DNA of 47,694 nucleotides from a virus. The stretch lies in IMG/VR virus record IMGVR_UViG_3300022538_000189; one strand, written 5' to 3'. Made by a program: the position numbers and the translations under genes. Shown here piece by piece: positions 32,744 through 40,341 of the stretch (positions are counted from its first letter, which is position 1; each line of letters begins with the position of its first letter). A model generated the notes under the pieces. That model ran no database searches, was not told the origin of the DNA, and worked only from the letters and a program-made list of their open reading frames with translations.

Positions 32744-32864
32744 ATTTATAGAATTTTGAACAGAAGAAAAATGTAAGAAAATCGAACATAAAAACCAGAC
32801 AGGAAAAAAGACCTAAGATGAAAATAAAATAAAAACTTAAATGAAGGCGAAAGTCAAAAAAAGA

Positions 32865-32893
32865 CTTGACAAATAAGAAAAAGTGTGATACAA
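32865..32893 (+). promoter_or_regulatory. Promoter of the conserved family (P6), rightward.
   Basis: TTGACAAATAAGAAAAAGTGTGATACAAT with a 17-nt spacer and TGTGn extended -10. Confidence 0.65.
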
Positions 32894-32921
32894 TAAAAAC
32901 AAAAAGGGGGTGATAAATAAT

Positions 32922-33095
32922 ATGAAAGTAACAAAGATGGTTCAAATCCGTTTTATTGGTTACGAAAAAATTGTAGATTTTGCAATTGATTGTTTAAGAG
33001 CTCAATTAGAGGATAATATAAAGTGCAGAAGGCAGGAAGAGAAGGACATCAATACTATTGAAGCTCAAATAATAAGAGTAAGTGGGGGGTGGTAA
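32922..33095 (+). CDS. Hypothetical small protein.
   Basis: I chose the ATG at 32922 (SD AAGGGGGTGA). 57 aa. Confidence 0.45.
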   Translation: MKVTKMVQIRFIGYEKIVDFAIDCLRAQLEDNIKCRRQEEKDINTIEAQIIRVSGGW

Positions 33096-33096
33096 G

Positions 33097-33249
33097 ATGC
33101 CAAAATACATAGTTTACTTTAGTAGAGAGCAATATGGATATAAAGAATTTGAAGCAAAAAACAATGAACACACAGAAGAAATTATAGAAGATATGGAACT
33201 CAATGGAAAATTCCCAGATATTTTCGATAGTGTAAAAGATGAAGGATGA
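33097..33249 (+). CDS. 50-aa acidic small protein; absent from the ORF track.
   Basis: ATG at 33097 preceded by GGGGGGTGGTAAG. Sequence MPKYIVYFSREQYGYKEFEAKNNEHTEEIIEDMELNGKFPDIFDSVKDEG. Confidence 0.45.
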   Translation: MPKYIVYFSREQYGYKEFEAKNNEHTEEIIEDMELNGKFPDIFDSVKDEG

Positions 33250-33287
33250 ATCTTCGTAGATTATGACAGAAATGAGGAATTGCTTAA

Positions 33288-33569
33288 ATGAAAGAACTAA
33301 ATGATTTTATAAGAGACCGTAGAAATGGAAGAATATATTGGGTTGTAGACATTGACCATGAAAATAAAATATATACTCTGGAATATATAGTAAAAGTAGG
33401 ATTCGGACTCGAAGAAGATGAAAAAGCAACGATGGGATTTAGTTTTGATGAAGTAAAAGATAATTTTGACGAGGAAGCAAGTCACTACAATAAGAGGGGT
33501 GGTATAAATGACAGAAAGAAAAAGACTCAAAGCTGTTCGCAGAAGAAAAGCAATGGTAAAGAGTTTTAA
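33288..33569 (+). CDS. Hypothetical small protein.
   Basis: 93 aa with SD gaggaa. The 3' 62 nt overlap the next ORF. Confidence 0.45.
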   Translation: MKELNDFIRDRRNGRIYWVVDIDHENKIYTLEYIVKVGFGLEEDEKATMGFSFDEVKDNFDEEASHYNKRGGINDRKKKTQSCSQKKSNGKEF

Positions 33570-33690
33570 TTTTGAAACAAAAACCTTAGCGAGAGCTATA
33601 CCTATTTATCAAGAGGACACTCAGACAGTAAAAAATGCTAAGGTAAGACATGATTACCATAATAAAGCTATGAGAAAGAAAAGAGGGTGA
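33508..33690 (+). CDS. Hypothetical small basic protein.
   Basis: 60 aa with SD AGAGGGGTGGTATAA directly upstream. The protein is R/K-rich. Confidence 0.4.
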   Translation: MTERKRLKAVRRRKAMVKSFNFETKTLARAIPIYQEDTQTVKNAKVRHDYHNKAMRKKRG

Positions 33691-33697
33691 TAGAAAC

Positions 33698-33895
33698 ATG
33701 GTAATATATTTAATATGCAATAAGAATAGACCAATCTCAATGATAAAATCAGGTGAGGAGCCTGAGGATTTTATTAAAAGAAAAAATAGAGGGAAAAAGC
33801 CTAAGGAATTTCTCAAAATGGGCAACGAAAAAACGGTTGTAATTTTAACTCGAAAAGACATTGAAGATATTATTAGATTAGGTGAAAGGGGGTGA
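33698..33895 (+). CDS. Hypothetical small protein.
   Basis: 65 aa with SD AGAGGGTGATAGAAAC. Confidence 0.45.
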   Translation: MVIYLICNKNRPISMIKSGEEPEDFIKRKNRGKKPKEFLKMGNEKTVVILTRKDIEDIIRLGERG

Positions 33896-33899
33896 TATA

Positions 33900-34079
33900 A
33901 TGTATGATTATATGTATCAATACAAAGGAAATATAGAACGGATAATAACCAATATTGGACAATACAAAGCTAAGACATATTGCCGTAAGTTATTCGACAA
34001 TGGACACATCAACTCTAAGGAGTGGAATGTGTTAGCGTCGTATATTAATAAATTAGAAGAATTGAAAAAAAGGGGGTGA
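33900..34079 (+). CDS. Hypothetical small protein.
   Basis: I chose the ATG at 33900 (SD AAAGGGGGTGATATA). 59 aa. Confidence 0.45.
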   Translation: MYDYMYQYKGNIERIITNIGQYKAKTYCRKLFDNGHINSKEWNVLASYINKLEELKKRG

Positions 34080-34085
34080 TAAAAA

Positions 34086-35030
34086 TTGAAATTATCAAAT
34101 GTACATAATATACCACAAGCTATGGTGAATGCTCTGAGCGATTTCCAGGAACCAAAAAAAGATATCCTGAGGGTATCTGAGTTAATAGGAGCTCCAAAGC
34201 AGAAAAAATTACGAATAAAATATTGGGCTTTCATAGAAGAAGATGTCAGCGAAAGATTATGGAGTTTATTAGGACAATCAGTTCATTATATCTTAGAAAA
34301 AGGAGCTCCTGAGAACGCATTTAAAGAAGAACGATTGATGTACAAAATTGATGGAGTAGTTATTTCAGGACAATCCGATTTATGGTGTAATGAAGAAATA
34401 GGAGACTATAAGACTACAAGTGTTTTTTCATTCCTGTTGGGTATAAAACCTGATTGGGTTGCTCAACTTAATGTATATAAATGGCTATGGGAAAAGAACG
34501 GATTTAAGACTAAGTCTTTGAAAATACACGCTATATTAAGAGATTGGATTCGTTCCAAAGCGATGTTAGAACCTAAATATCCTCAAATACCTTTCATTAC
34601 CGTTGATATACCAATGTGGACAATGGAAGAAACAGAGAAATATATCAGAAGAAGAATTGCACTTCATAAATTACCGATAGCTCCACTTTGTACAGAAGAA
34701 GAAAAATGGACACGACCAACTACTTACGCAATTACAGAAAAGGGAGCAAAAAGAGCAAGAAGGGTATGCACTACTTTAGCAGAAGCAAAAATGTGGATGA
34801 AAGATAATAGCAAATGGTATATCGTAGCCGATAAGGAAAGAAAGACAAACAGAGAACCCTTTGCAATTATGAAACACGGATTAGTGAAGCCTAAAGCATC
34901 CTTCAAAACATTAGAAGAAGCAGAACTATATATAAGAGATAATGAAACCTTAGAAATAGATATACGAAAAGGTAAAAATGTTAGATGTGAGGGATATTGT
35001 AATGTAGCCAAATGGTGTAATAAGAAATGA
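34086..35030 (+). CDS. PD-(D/E)XK nuclease of the Cas4/RecB-like type with a C-terminal Cys cluster.
   Basis: 314 aa with a TTG start after AAAGGGGGTGATAAAAA. Motifs GQSVHYILE, GQSDLW, IGDYKTTS (D-x-K) and QLNVYKW (QxxxY). Cysteines at PLC… and CEGYCNVAKWC. Confidence 0.6.
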   Translation: MKLSNVHNIPQAMVNALSDFQEPKKDILRVSELIGAPKQKKLRIKYWAFIEEDVSERLWSLLGQSVHYILEKGAPENAFKEERLMYKIDGVVISGQSDLWCNEEIGDYKTTSVFSFLLGIKPDWVAQLNVYKWLWEKNGFKTKSLKIHAILRDWIRSKAMLEPKYPQIPFITVDIPMWTMEETEKYIRRRIALHKLPIAPLCTEEEKWTRPTTYAITEKGAKRARRVCTTLAEAKMWMKDNSKWYIVADKERKTNREPFAIMKHGLVKPKASFKTLEEAELYIRDNETLEIDIRKGKNVRCEGYCNVAKWCNKK

Positions 35031-35034
35031 AGGA

Positions 35035-35068
35035 AAAAAGAAAGGGTGGCTCAAATGCCACCCTCTTC
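35035..35068. terminator. Bidirectional terminator at the convergence of the plus and minus blocks.
   Basis: AGGGTGGC-6 nt-GCCACCCT. It is flanked by an A-run on the left (a U-tract for the minus strand) and CTTCTTAT on the right. Confidence 0.75.
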
Positions 35069-35239
35069 TTATATGTGCTCCACGTTTTCCCTAATCTTGT
35101 CTGCGAATTCCCTGCATCTATCCGAAGTTCCCTGCGTAACTCTGATCCCTTCATCTTTAAAAATAGAGGTAATCATTTCACAAAACTCCAGCTGTTCTAT
35201 GATATACTTATAATATTCTTCAATCTGTTCTTTATCCAT
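35069..35239 (-). CDS. 56-aa acidic protein; last gene of the minus replication/repair operon.
   Basis: ATG at 35239 overlaps the upstream stop (AATGGATAA). The stop at 35069 is followed immediately by the terminator. It is below the ORF-track size cutoff. Confidence 0.45.
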   Translation of the reverse strand: MDKEQIEEYYKYIIEQLEFCEMITSIFKDEGIRVTQGTSDRCREFADKIRENVEHI

Positions 35240-35543
35240 TTAATAGCTCCTTTACCTTCAAACACAAATCTTTGTAACACATACCAAGCTCTATGCCTTC
35301 TTTGAAACCGTCTACAAATGATCTGTGTTCAAATCGTAGAGCAGGAAAATACTTTTTCTTGATTATTTCAGCGATATGAAAATTACCGCAAATACTATTA
35401 AGATATTTGACAATCTCTAACCACATCATTTCATACTTATCACCACGTATTAATTGCTCCTTGACATCCTGAAGTTTTTCTCTATTAATCTGTGGTATCA
35501 TTCCGAGTATCTCTATAAATCTTAGTTCACCTTTTATTAACAT
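35232..35543 (-). CDS. Hypothetical protein.
   Basis: I chose the ATG at 35543 (TAATG coupling; SD GAAGGGGATGG). 103 aa. Confidence 0.45.
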   Translation of the reverse strand: MLIKGELRFIEILGMIPQINREKLQDVKEQLIRGDKYEMMWLEIVKYLNSICGNFHIAEIIKKKYFPALRFEHRSFVDGFKEGIELGMCYKDLCLKVKELLNG

Positions 35544-35773
35544 TATACCATCCCCTTCTCTACAAATTTTGCACATTCCCAAACAGGAGTAGTTACGTTA
35601 TATGTCACACAAATAGCAAATAATTCATTGGATATCTTACAATTCAACTCTCTGTCATTGGGAATAAATAACTTACAAATCCAACATAAACAATTTTTTC
35701 TATGCTTACCCTTATTTTTTTCCAATACACTGACTTCTGTTCCGTGATGATTGTATTTGATTATTTTACTCAT
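35543..35773 (-). CDS. Cys-rich small protein (putative metal-binding).
   Basis: 76 aa with HHG…CLCWIC…C…C…EC. Confidence 0.45.
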   Translation of the reverse strand: MSKIIKYNHHGTEVSVLEKNKGKHRKNCLCWICKLFIPNDRELNCKISNELFAICVTYNVTTPVWECAKFVEKGMV

Positions 35774-36249
35774 TTTCTACCACCCCCTTTGAATATATTT
35801 CTACTAACATCAAAAATATGTTCACAATAAGGACAAATCACCATTGGAGCTCTATGCTGTGAGCCAGGCGTTAATGCTCTCAAGTCTGCACGAGACAATA
35901 GTTTTGCCCTCTCTAACCATTCCTCTTTGTTCTCCTCACTCGCCTGCGACTGTGCAATATCTAAACATTCCGTATCTGTTCCTGCGATTTCTTCTACTGT
36001 ATATCCAAAATCCTCGATCCACCTATCATATATCCTAATGAGTTTATTACATCTATTGACTGTCAAATCAACATCAGGTTGAGCACAGTATTCCTCAAAT
36101 GACGAAAAATCTAACTCTAAATAGTATGCATTCGTTTTTACTGCCTTCAAGCAAACAGCAAGAGACATAAAATCTTTGTGTATATTGCTTTTTATTGCAA
36201 CAATAATATTATGTGTTTTCTGTGCTTCGCTAATTACTATTTCACCCAT
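35770..36249 (-). CDS. Hypothetical protein with a C-terminal CxxC.
   Basis: 159 aa with SD AAGGGGGTGATAGG. ICPYCEHIF lies near the C-terminus. Confidence 0.45.
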   Translation of the reverse strand: MGEIVISEAQKTHNIIVAIKSNIHKDFMSLAVCLKAVKTNAYYLELDFSSFEEYCAQPDVDLTVNRCNKLIRIYDRWIEDFGYTVEEIAGTDTECLDIAQSQASEENKEEWLERAKLLSRADLRALTPGSQHRAPMVICPYCEHIFDVSRNIFKGGGRK

Positions 36250-36392
36250 CCTATCACCCCCTTATAAGCTATGTATATTAATTTATACAAATCAATGAAG
36301 CTATCTATTACTAATCCGACCATAACAACCTTAAATGTAAACCAGAACAGACCTGTACATTGAACCCACGTTAAATCATATAAAAATGTCAT
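36237..36392 (-). CDS. 51-aa membrane micropeptide candidate.
   Basis: ATG at 36392 in an ATGA overlap with the rtcB stop. Sequence MTFLYDLTWVQCTGLFWFTFKVVMVGLVIDSFIDLYKLIYIAYKGVIGWVK. Confidence 0.4.
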   Translation of the reverse strand: MTFLYDLTWVQCTGLFWFTFKVVMVGLVIDSFIDLYKLIYIAYKGVIGWVK

Positions 36393-37564
36393 CCTTTTAT
36401 CACCCCTATTGGTATTAATCGTTCTTTTATTTCACAAAGATCTTTCTGTAATTCCATTACTTTATCTATGTTCTTGTAAGCAGAAGGAGCTTCATCTAAC
36501 TGACTGACTGTTCTCACGCTATGGATTACTCCCTTTAATTCGAGCTTATGCTGTTCTTCTGCTAAGTCTAATTCTGCTTTAGCTTTAGACCTTGACATTT
36601 TTCTCCCTGCACCATGAGAACAGGAAGTAAAACTTTCAGGATTACCAAGCCCTTTAGTTATGTAACTAAAACTCCCCTGACTGCCAGGAATTATCCCTAT
36701 CTCTCCAAGTCTCGCACTTATAGCACCCTTTCTATGCACCCATACATTCTTACCAAAATGGTTTTCCTGTCTTACGTAGTTATGTATGACATCTATATCT
36801 TCCTCTATAAATGCACTAAGCAAGTGCTTATCCAAGATATTTTTAATCTTATCCATCATAACCCTTCTATTGGCTTCTGCAAACTCCACACAATAATTCA
36901 TTTCTTTTAAGTAATCTTGCCCCTCTTTACTATCAACTGGTAAGAAAGCTAAGTCATAACTCGGAGCCACCTGCGTATGCCATTTAGCATTTAAGTCTTT
37001 GGCTAATTGATTATAATGTGACGCAACTTTATACCCCAAGTTCCTGCTTCCAGAGTGTAGCATTATCCACAAGCTATTATCCTCACCCACCTGAAACTCA
37101 ATGAAATGATTGCCACCACCAAGAGTTCCTAATTGTTGTGCGGCACTTTGCAATTCATCAGGTATGACATCCTTTGTCAGTAAGTTCCAATGCAATGGCG
37201 GTAATGCGTCAGAATTTGCTTCTTCATTATGTTTGAAACCGACAGGAATTACCTCTCTGATTTCACTCATTAACTCCTTAACTTTTTCTTTCTTTAATTG
37301 CACTACATTTAATTTGATTGCCCTCATTCCGCAACCTATGTCAACGCCTACTGCATTAGGTATGATATAAGCATGAGTAGCTAACACCGTACCAATAGGC
37401 ATACCATAGCCCTGATGACAGTCAGGAAGTAGCACTATTTGTCTATAAGAAAAAAACAACTTAGATAAGTTCTCTGCTTGTAACATTGCTCCGTTCTCTA
37501 TATAATCTAACCACATCTTAATTGGTATTCTATTATTTCTCTTATCAAATTTTACTCTTTCCAT
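36389..37564 (-). CDS. rtcB: RtcB RNA 3'-phosphate/2',3'-cyclic-phosphate ligase.
   Basis: 391 aa from the ATG at 37564 (TAATG coupling). Motifs VDIGCGM, GGGNHFIE, HSGSRNLG, PGSQGSFSY and SCSHGAGR. Confidence 0.85.
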   Translation of the reverse strand: MERVKFDKRNNRIPIKMWLDYIENGAMLQAENLSKLFFSYRQIVLLPDCHQGYGMPIGTVLATHAYIIPNAVGVDIGCGMRAIKLNVVQLKKEKVKELMSEIREVIPVGFKHNEEANSDALPPLHWNLLTKDVIPDELQSAAQQLGTLGGGNHFIEFQVGEDNSLWIMLHSGSRNLGYKVASHYNQLAKDLNAKWHTQVAPSYDLAFLPVDSKEGQDYLKEMNYCVEFAEANRRVMMDKIKNILDKHLLSAFIEEDIDVIHNYVRQENHFGKNVWVHRKGAISARLGEIGIIPGSQGSFSYITKGLGNPESFTSCSHGAGRKMSRSKAKAELDLAEEQHKLELKGVIHSVRTVSQLDEAPSAYKNIDKVMELQKDLCEIKERLIPIGVIKG

Positions 37565-38172
37565 TAGCAACCACCCTCTTTCTTTATTATTTTAATTAAT
37601 TGCATTTCTATTCTTTCAAGTTCTTCCATTGAATGCTTTGCAATTCCACCATTCTTTAGTGCTCTATCCTGTATCATAGTATACCATGCTTTGCCTCTAA
37701 TGTCAATCATCTTTTGTAAAAACCAAAAAGGATTTTTATGAGCACTCCATATTGAAAAGACGTGATGTTTAACACACAACGCTACGCCATTATCAACGTC
37801 CCACCTGACATTGAAATTCGATCTTCCAATAAGATGATGAGCATTTAGTCCGTGCCCTTTTCCTAATCCATTTACATTCTGACATCTTTTATCTGTCACA
37901 ATCTCACATCTATTTTGAGCAATTACCTTTACTGCTTGAGCCCACAAAACATCTAATCGTTTCTTTAATATCCATCTTGCAGTATGCTTCTTCTTAGGAC
38001 GACCACCTATTCGTCTAACTTTTGGACACCACGAAGGAGCAGTATCCTCAATCATATTAGAAAGAGGAATTTCGTTTTGTTTCCTCTGAGTAAGAGAGCA
38101 TTGAACACCCAGCCCTTTTACTCCAAGTATATAGTGTGAACACTTCTTACATTTAACGTCCTTTTTCTTCAT
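37564..38172 (-). CDS. NinG/Rap-like HNH-type endonuclease with an N-terminal zinc ribbon.
   Basis: 202 aa from the ATG at 38172 (SD AAGGAAGTGAT). CKKC…, then LNAHHLIGRSNFNVRWDVDNGVALCVKHH. Confidence 0.5.
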   Translation of the reverse strand: MKKKDVKCKKCSHYILGVKGLGVQCSLTQRKQNEIPLSNMIEDTAPSWCPKVRRIGGRPKKKHTARWILKKRLDVLWAQAVKVIAQNRCEIVTDKRCQNVNGLGKGHGLNAHHLIGRSNFNVRWDVDNGVALCVKHHVFSIWSAHKNPFWFLQKMIDIRGKAWYTMIQDRALKNGGIAKHSMEELERIEMQLIKIIKKEGGC

Positions 38173-38509
38173 TCTTATCACTTCCTTTCAATAGCTCGTG
38201 AGCGTAACCCATTGTATTAAACATAACACCCATCAATGCTTTCATTATTCCATCTTCTGTTTTAATACCCCTGTGTTCTTTCCATACTGCCATAAAATGA
38301 CGGAATAAAGATTTCATATAAGTTTCATAAGGTATTCCTTTTTGCCAGTTATCTGATTTTCTCACACCAAGTGCTGTATGTCTATTTTTTTCCATATATT
38401 TAGCAAACTCTTCAAGCACTAAAGGAGAAAAAAATCCTTCATAATCCAATTTACCTTCTACTATGTCTCTCGTTGCTCCTGTTTCAAATTCACGCATTTT
38501 TTTAACCAT
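38153..38509 (-). CDS. DUF5664-like protein (dATP/dGTP diphosphohydrolase N-terminal-like domain).
   Basis: 118 aa. REFETGATRD…GKLDYEGFFSP…NWQKGIPYETYMKSLFRHF matches my recollection of that family's pattern: F.tGA.Rd, then NW.kG, then s..RH. Confidence 0.45.
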   Translation of the reverse strand: MVKKMREFETGATRDIVEGKLDYEGFFSPLVLEEFAKYMEKNRHTALGVRKSDNWQKGIPYETYMKSLFRHFMAVWKEHRGIKTEDGIMKALMGVMFNTMGYAHELLKGSDKNEEKGR

Positions 38510-38876
38510 TCTTGAACCTCTTTTTCAAAATTTTATAAGTCTTTAACCAACCAGGAAACCCCTGCAAATTCAAATCATCTATATAGGCATCTGCATAGAT
38601 CTTTTTTGTATTCCACCAATAAACTTGCTTTACATTCTCATTTATGCATTCAAAATATTTTAGAATATCCCATTTTTCCATGAGTTTTATAGGTTCTTCT
38701 AACCACGCTTTACTTCTACAAGTCCAGAGTATCATTCTATACCCTTCATTATATAACTTTTTCAATACCTTTTTGCAATTTGGCATTAATTTATTCTCTG
38801 TATCAATAGCTCTTTTGCTCTCTCTTATTGTCCCATCAAAATCTATCGCCAATATTGGCTTTCCTAAATAAGCCAT
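38502..38876 (-). CDS. Small HAD-superfamily (DxDxT) phosphatase.
   Basis: 124 aa. LAIDFDGTI at the N-terminus and YIDD near the C-terminus. SD AAGGGGGTGATATAA. Confidence 0.55.
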   Translation of the reverse strand: MAYLGKPILAIDFDGTIRESKRAIDTENKLMPNCKKVLKKLYNEGYRMILWTCRSKAWLEEPIKLMEKWDILKYFECINENVKQVYWWNTKKIYADAYIDDLNLQGFPGWLKTYKILKKRFKNG

Positions 38877-39377
38877 TTATATCACCCCCTTATCAAAATG
38901 TTCTCTTGCTTTTCTATTTAATATTTCTATTATCTGTTCATCTGTGAAGTAACATTGGCTACGTGGATTACGTCCTTTGGCATCCCAACGTGCCAACTGT
39001 ATTAAATCAGGGAGCCAACAGTGGTTTGCTAACTCCAAACATTTCTTTAATCCCTGCATTTCTCCTTTTAAATATGTCCAGATTCTCATGTGATGTTTTA
39101 CTAACCATACAGTTTTACAACTCGAAAATCCTTCTATGAGCTTGACACTATCCTTTGTGTGGTGATTACTGTAAGTCACTTTCCCCACATCATGCAAGAG
39201 TACCGCCAAAATCAAATCCAAGTCCATTGTTTCTCTTATCGCCCACTTGAATACTTGATAAGTATGTTTCAATGCGTCTCCTTCAGGGTGATATTCTACT
39301 TGCTGTTCAATACCTTTCAAAGCATGTAATACATCAAGAATTGGTTTCATATTCTTTTTTGTAAAATAATCTTCCAT
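38877..39377 (-). CDS. HD-domain phosphohydrolase (resembles the HD domain of CCA-adding enzymes).
   Basis: 166 aa from the ATG at 39377 (SD ATGGGGGTG). Motifs YHPEGDALKHT and LLHDVGK. Confidence 0.6.
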   Translation of the reverse strand: MEDYFTKKNMKPILDVLHALKGIEQQVEYHPEGDALKHTYQVFKWAIRETMDLDLILAVLLHDVGKVTYSNHHTKDSVKLIEGFSSCKTVWLVKHHMRIWTYLKGEMQGLKKCLELANHCWLPDLIQLARWDAKGRNPRSQCYFTDEQIIEILNRKAREHFDKGVI

Positions 39378-39378
39378 A

Positions 39379-40341
39379 TTAACACCCCCATAACATCTTT
39401 TCAACCTCAAACATTATAAATTTTTCCCAATACTTTCTATCTACTTTATCAGGATAGTCGCTTGCGACTGCTAAGTCTTTTACTTCTCCGATAAGAGTTT
39501 CCAGTAAAGGAGCAACTTCGCTCTTGTAATCTATTTTTCCTGCTTTGATATCTTTCAAGTATTCTGCTTGTGCCAATGGAAATTTTATTTCTCCATCTTT
39601 ATAGAGTTCTATCAACTGCATTGAGGCTCTTATAGCATGAGATACTGCCTTCCAATCTATTCCTTCATTCTTTTCTGCTAATCTTGCTCTTGCACCATAA
39701 GCATTATAAAACGTTACCATTATATCAAAAAGATATCGCAAGGTAGCAGTCTCCTGTATTTTTTTACCACATACTTGATAAATCCTAAGTCTGTCCTTTC
39801 CTATCTCGTATTTATGGATATGTTCTCTTTGTGGTAGTTTATCCCAAACCTGCTTTAATCTTGTCTTGTTCATATCATTACCCTTCTGTGTATCAAAATC
39901 ATTAATGAAATCCATAACTTTTCCAGCAGAGGCTAACCTACTCCCCTTAATTCCATATTTAGAAGCTTGTCTCATTGCATATCCTACAAAAGCATGCATG
40001 TCTTTTGTTATGAAAAGATGTTTATTGAGACATATTGCTTTCCAAGTATCTGATGTTTCTAAAATCATATCATCAGGAGCGTGAAGCATATCAATAGCAA
40101 CGGTTTGCCCCTGACAAGCCAATTCCAAAAAGTAATGTAACGAATAGACTTCTGTATCTGTATCTCCCGAAGTATTTTTGCCTACTCCAACCTTTGTTTT
40201 TTCTGAATAACATTTTGGTATTCTCCCTAAAAATATTTGTTCTTTAGTGGGCATAAATATACCCTTATAATCAGTATCAGAATCTTTCGTATCTGTTCCG
40301 TATAAATGACTTCCGAATTTCATTTTTACTATTGTATTCAT
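39379..40341 (-). CDS. Pol-beta-superfamily nucleotidyltransferase of the RlaP (RNA-repair-associated) type.
   Basis: 320 aa. N-terminal KFGSHLYGTDTKDSDTDYKGIFMP. TAATG-coupled to dnaB. Confidence 0.55.
   Translation of the reverse strand: MNTIVKMKFGSHLYGTDTKDSDTDYKGIFMPTKEQIFLGRIPKCYSEKTKVGVGKNTSGDTDTEVYSLHYFLELACQGQTVAIDMLHAPDDMILETSDTWKAICLNKHLFITKDMHAFVGYAMRQASKYGIKGSRLASAGKVMDFINDFDTQKGNDMNKTRLKQVWDKLPQREHIHKYEIGKDRLRIYQVCGKKIQETATLRYLFDIMVTFYNAYGARARLAEKNEGIDWKAVSHAIRASMQLIELYKDGEIKFPLAQAEYLKDIKAGKIDYKSEVAPLLETLIGEVKDLAVASDYPDKVDRKYWEKFIMFEVEKMLWGC

Noticed and set aside
32598-32945. 115-aa minus-strand ORF covering the DnaA-box/promoter region.
   Set aside because: It is extremely F-rich with no SD. 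It is antisense to two consensus plus-strand promoters and sits between convergent signals. The region is better explained as regulatory DNA.
35027-35305. 92-aa plus-strand ORF following the nuclease gene.
   Set aside because: It reads straight through the convergent terminator hairpin. It is antisense to two coupled minus-strand ORFs that have proper starts, and it has no SD.
36389-40341. Reading the HD + nucleotidyltransferase pair as a CBASS/CRISPR-type signalling module, or as a CCA-adding enzyme split into two genes.
   Set aside because: The nucleotidyltransferase N-terminus (GSHLYGT..SDxD) fits the RlaP-type pattern rather than the cGAS/DncV or class-II CCA-adding head domain. No effector or sensor genes are present. 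The tight coupling to RtcB favours RNA repair. The split-CCA idea cannot be excluded without profile searches.
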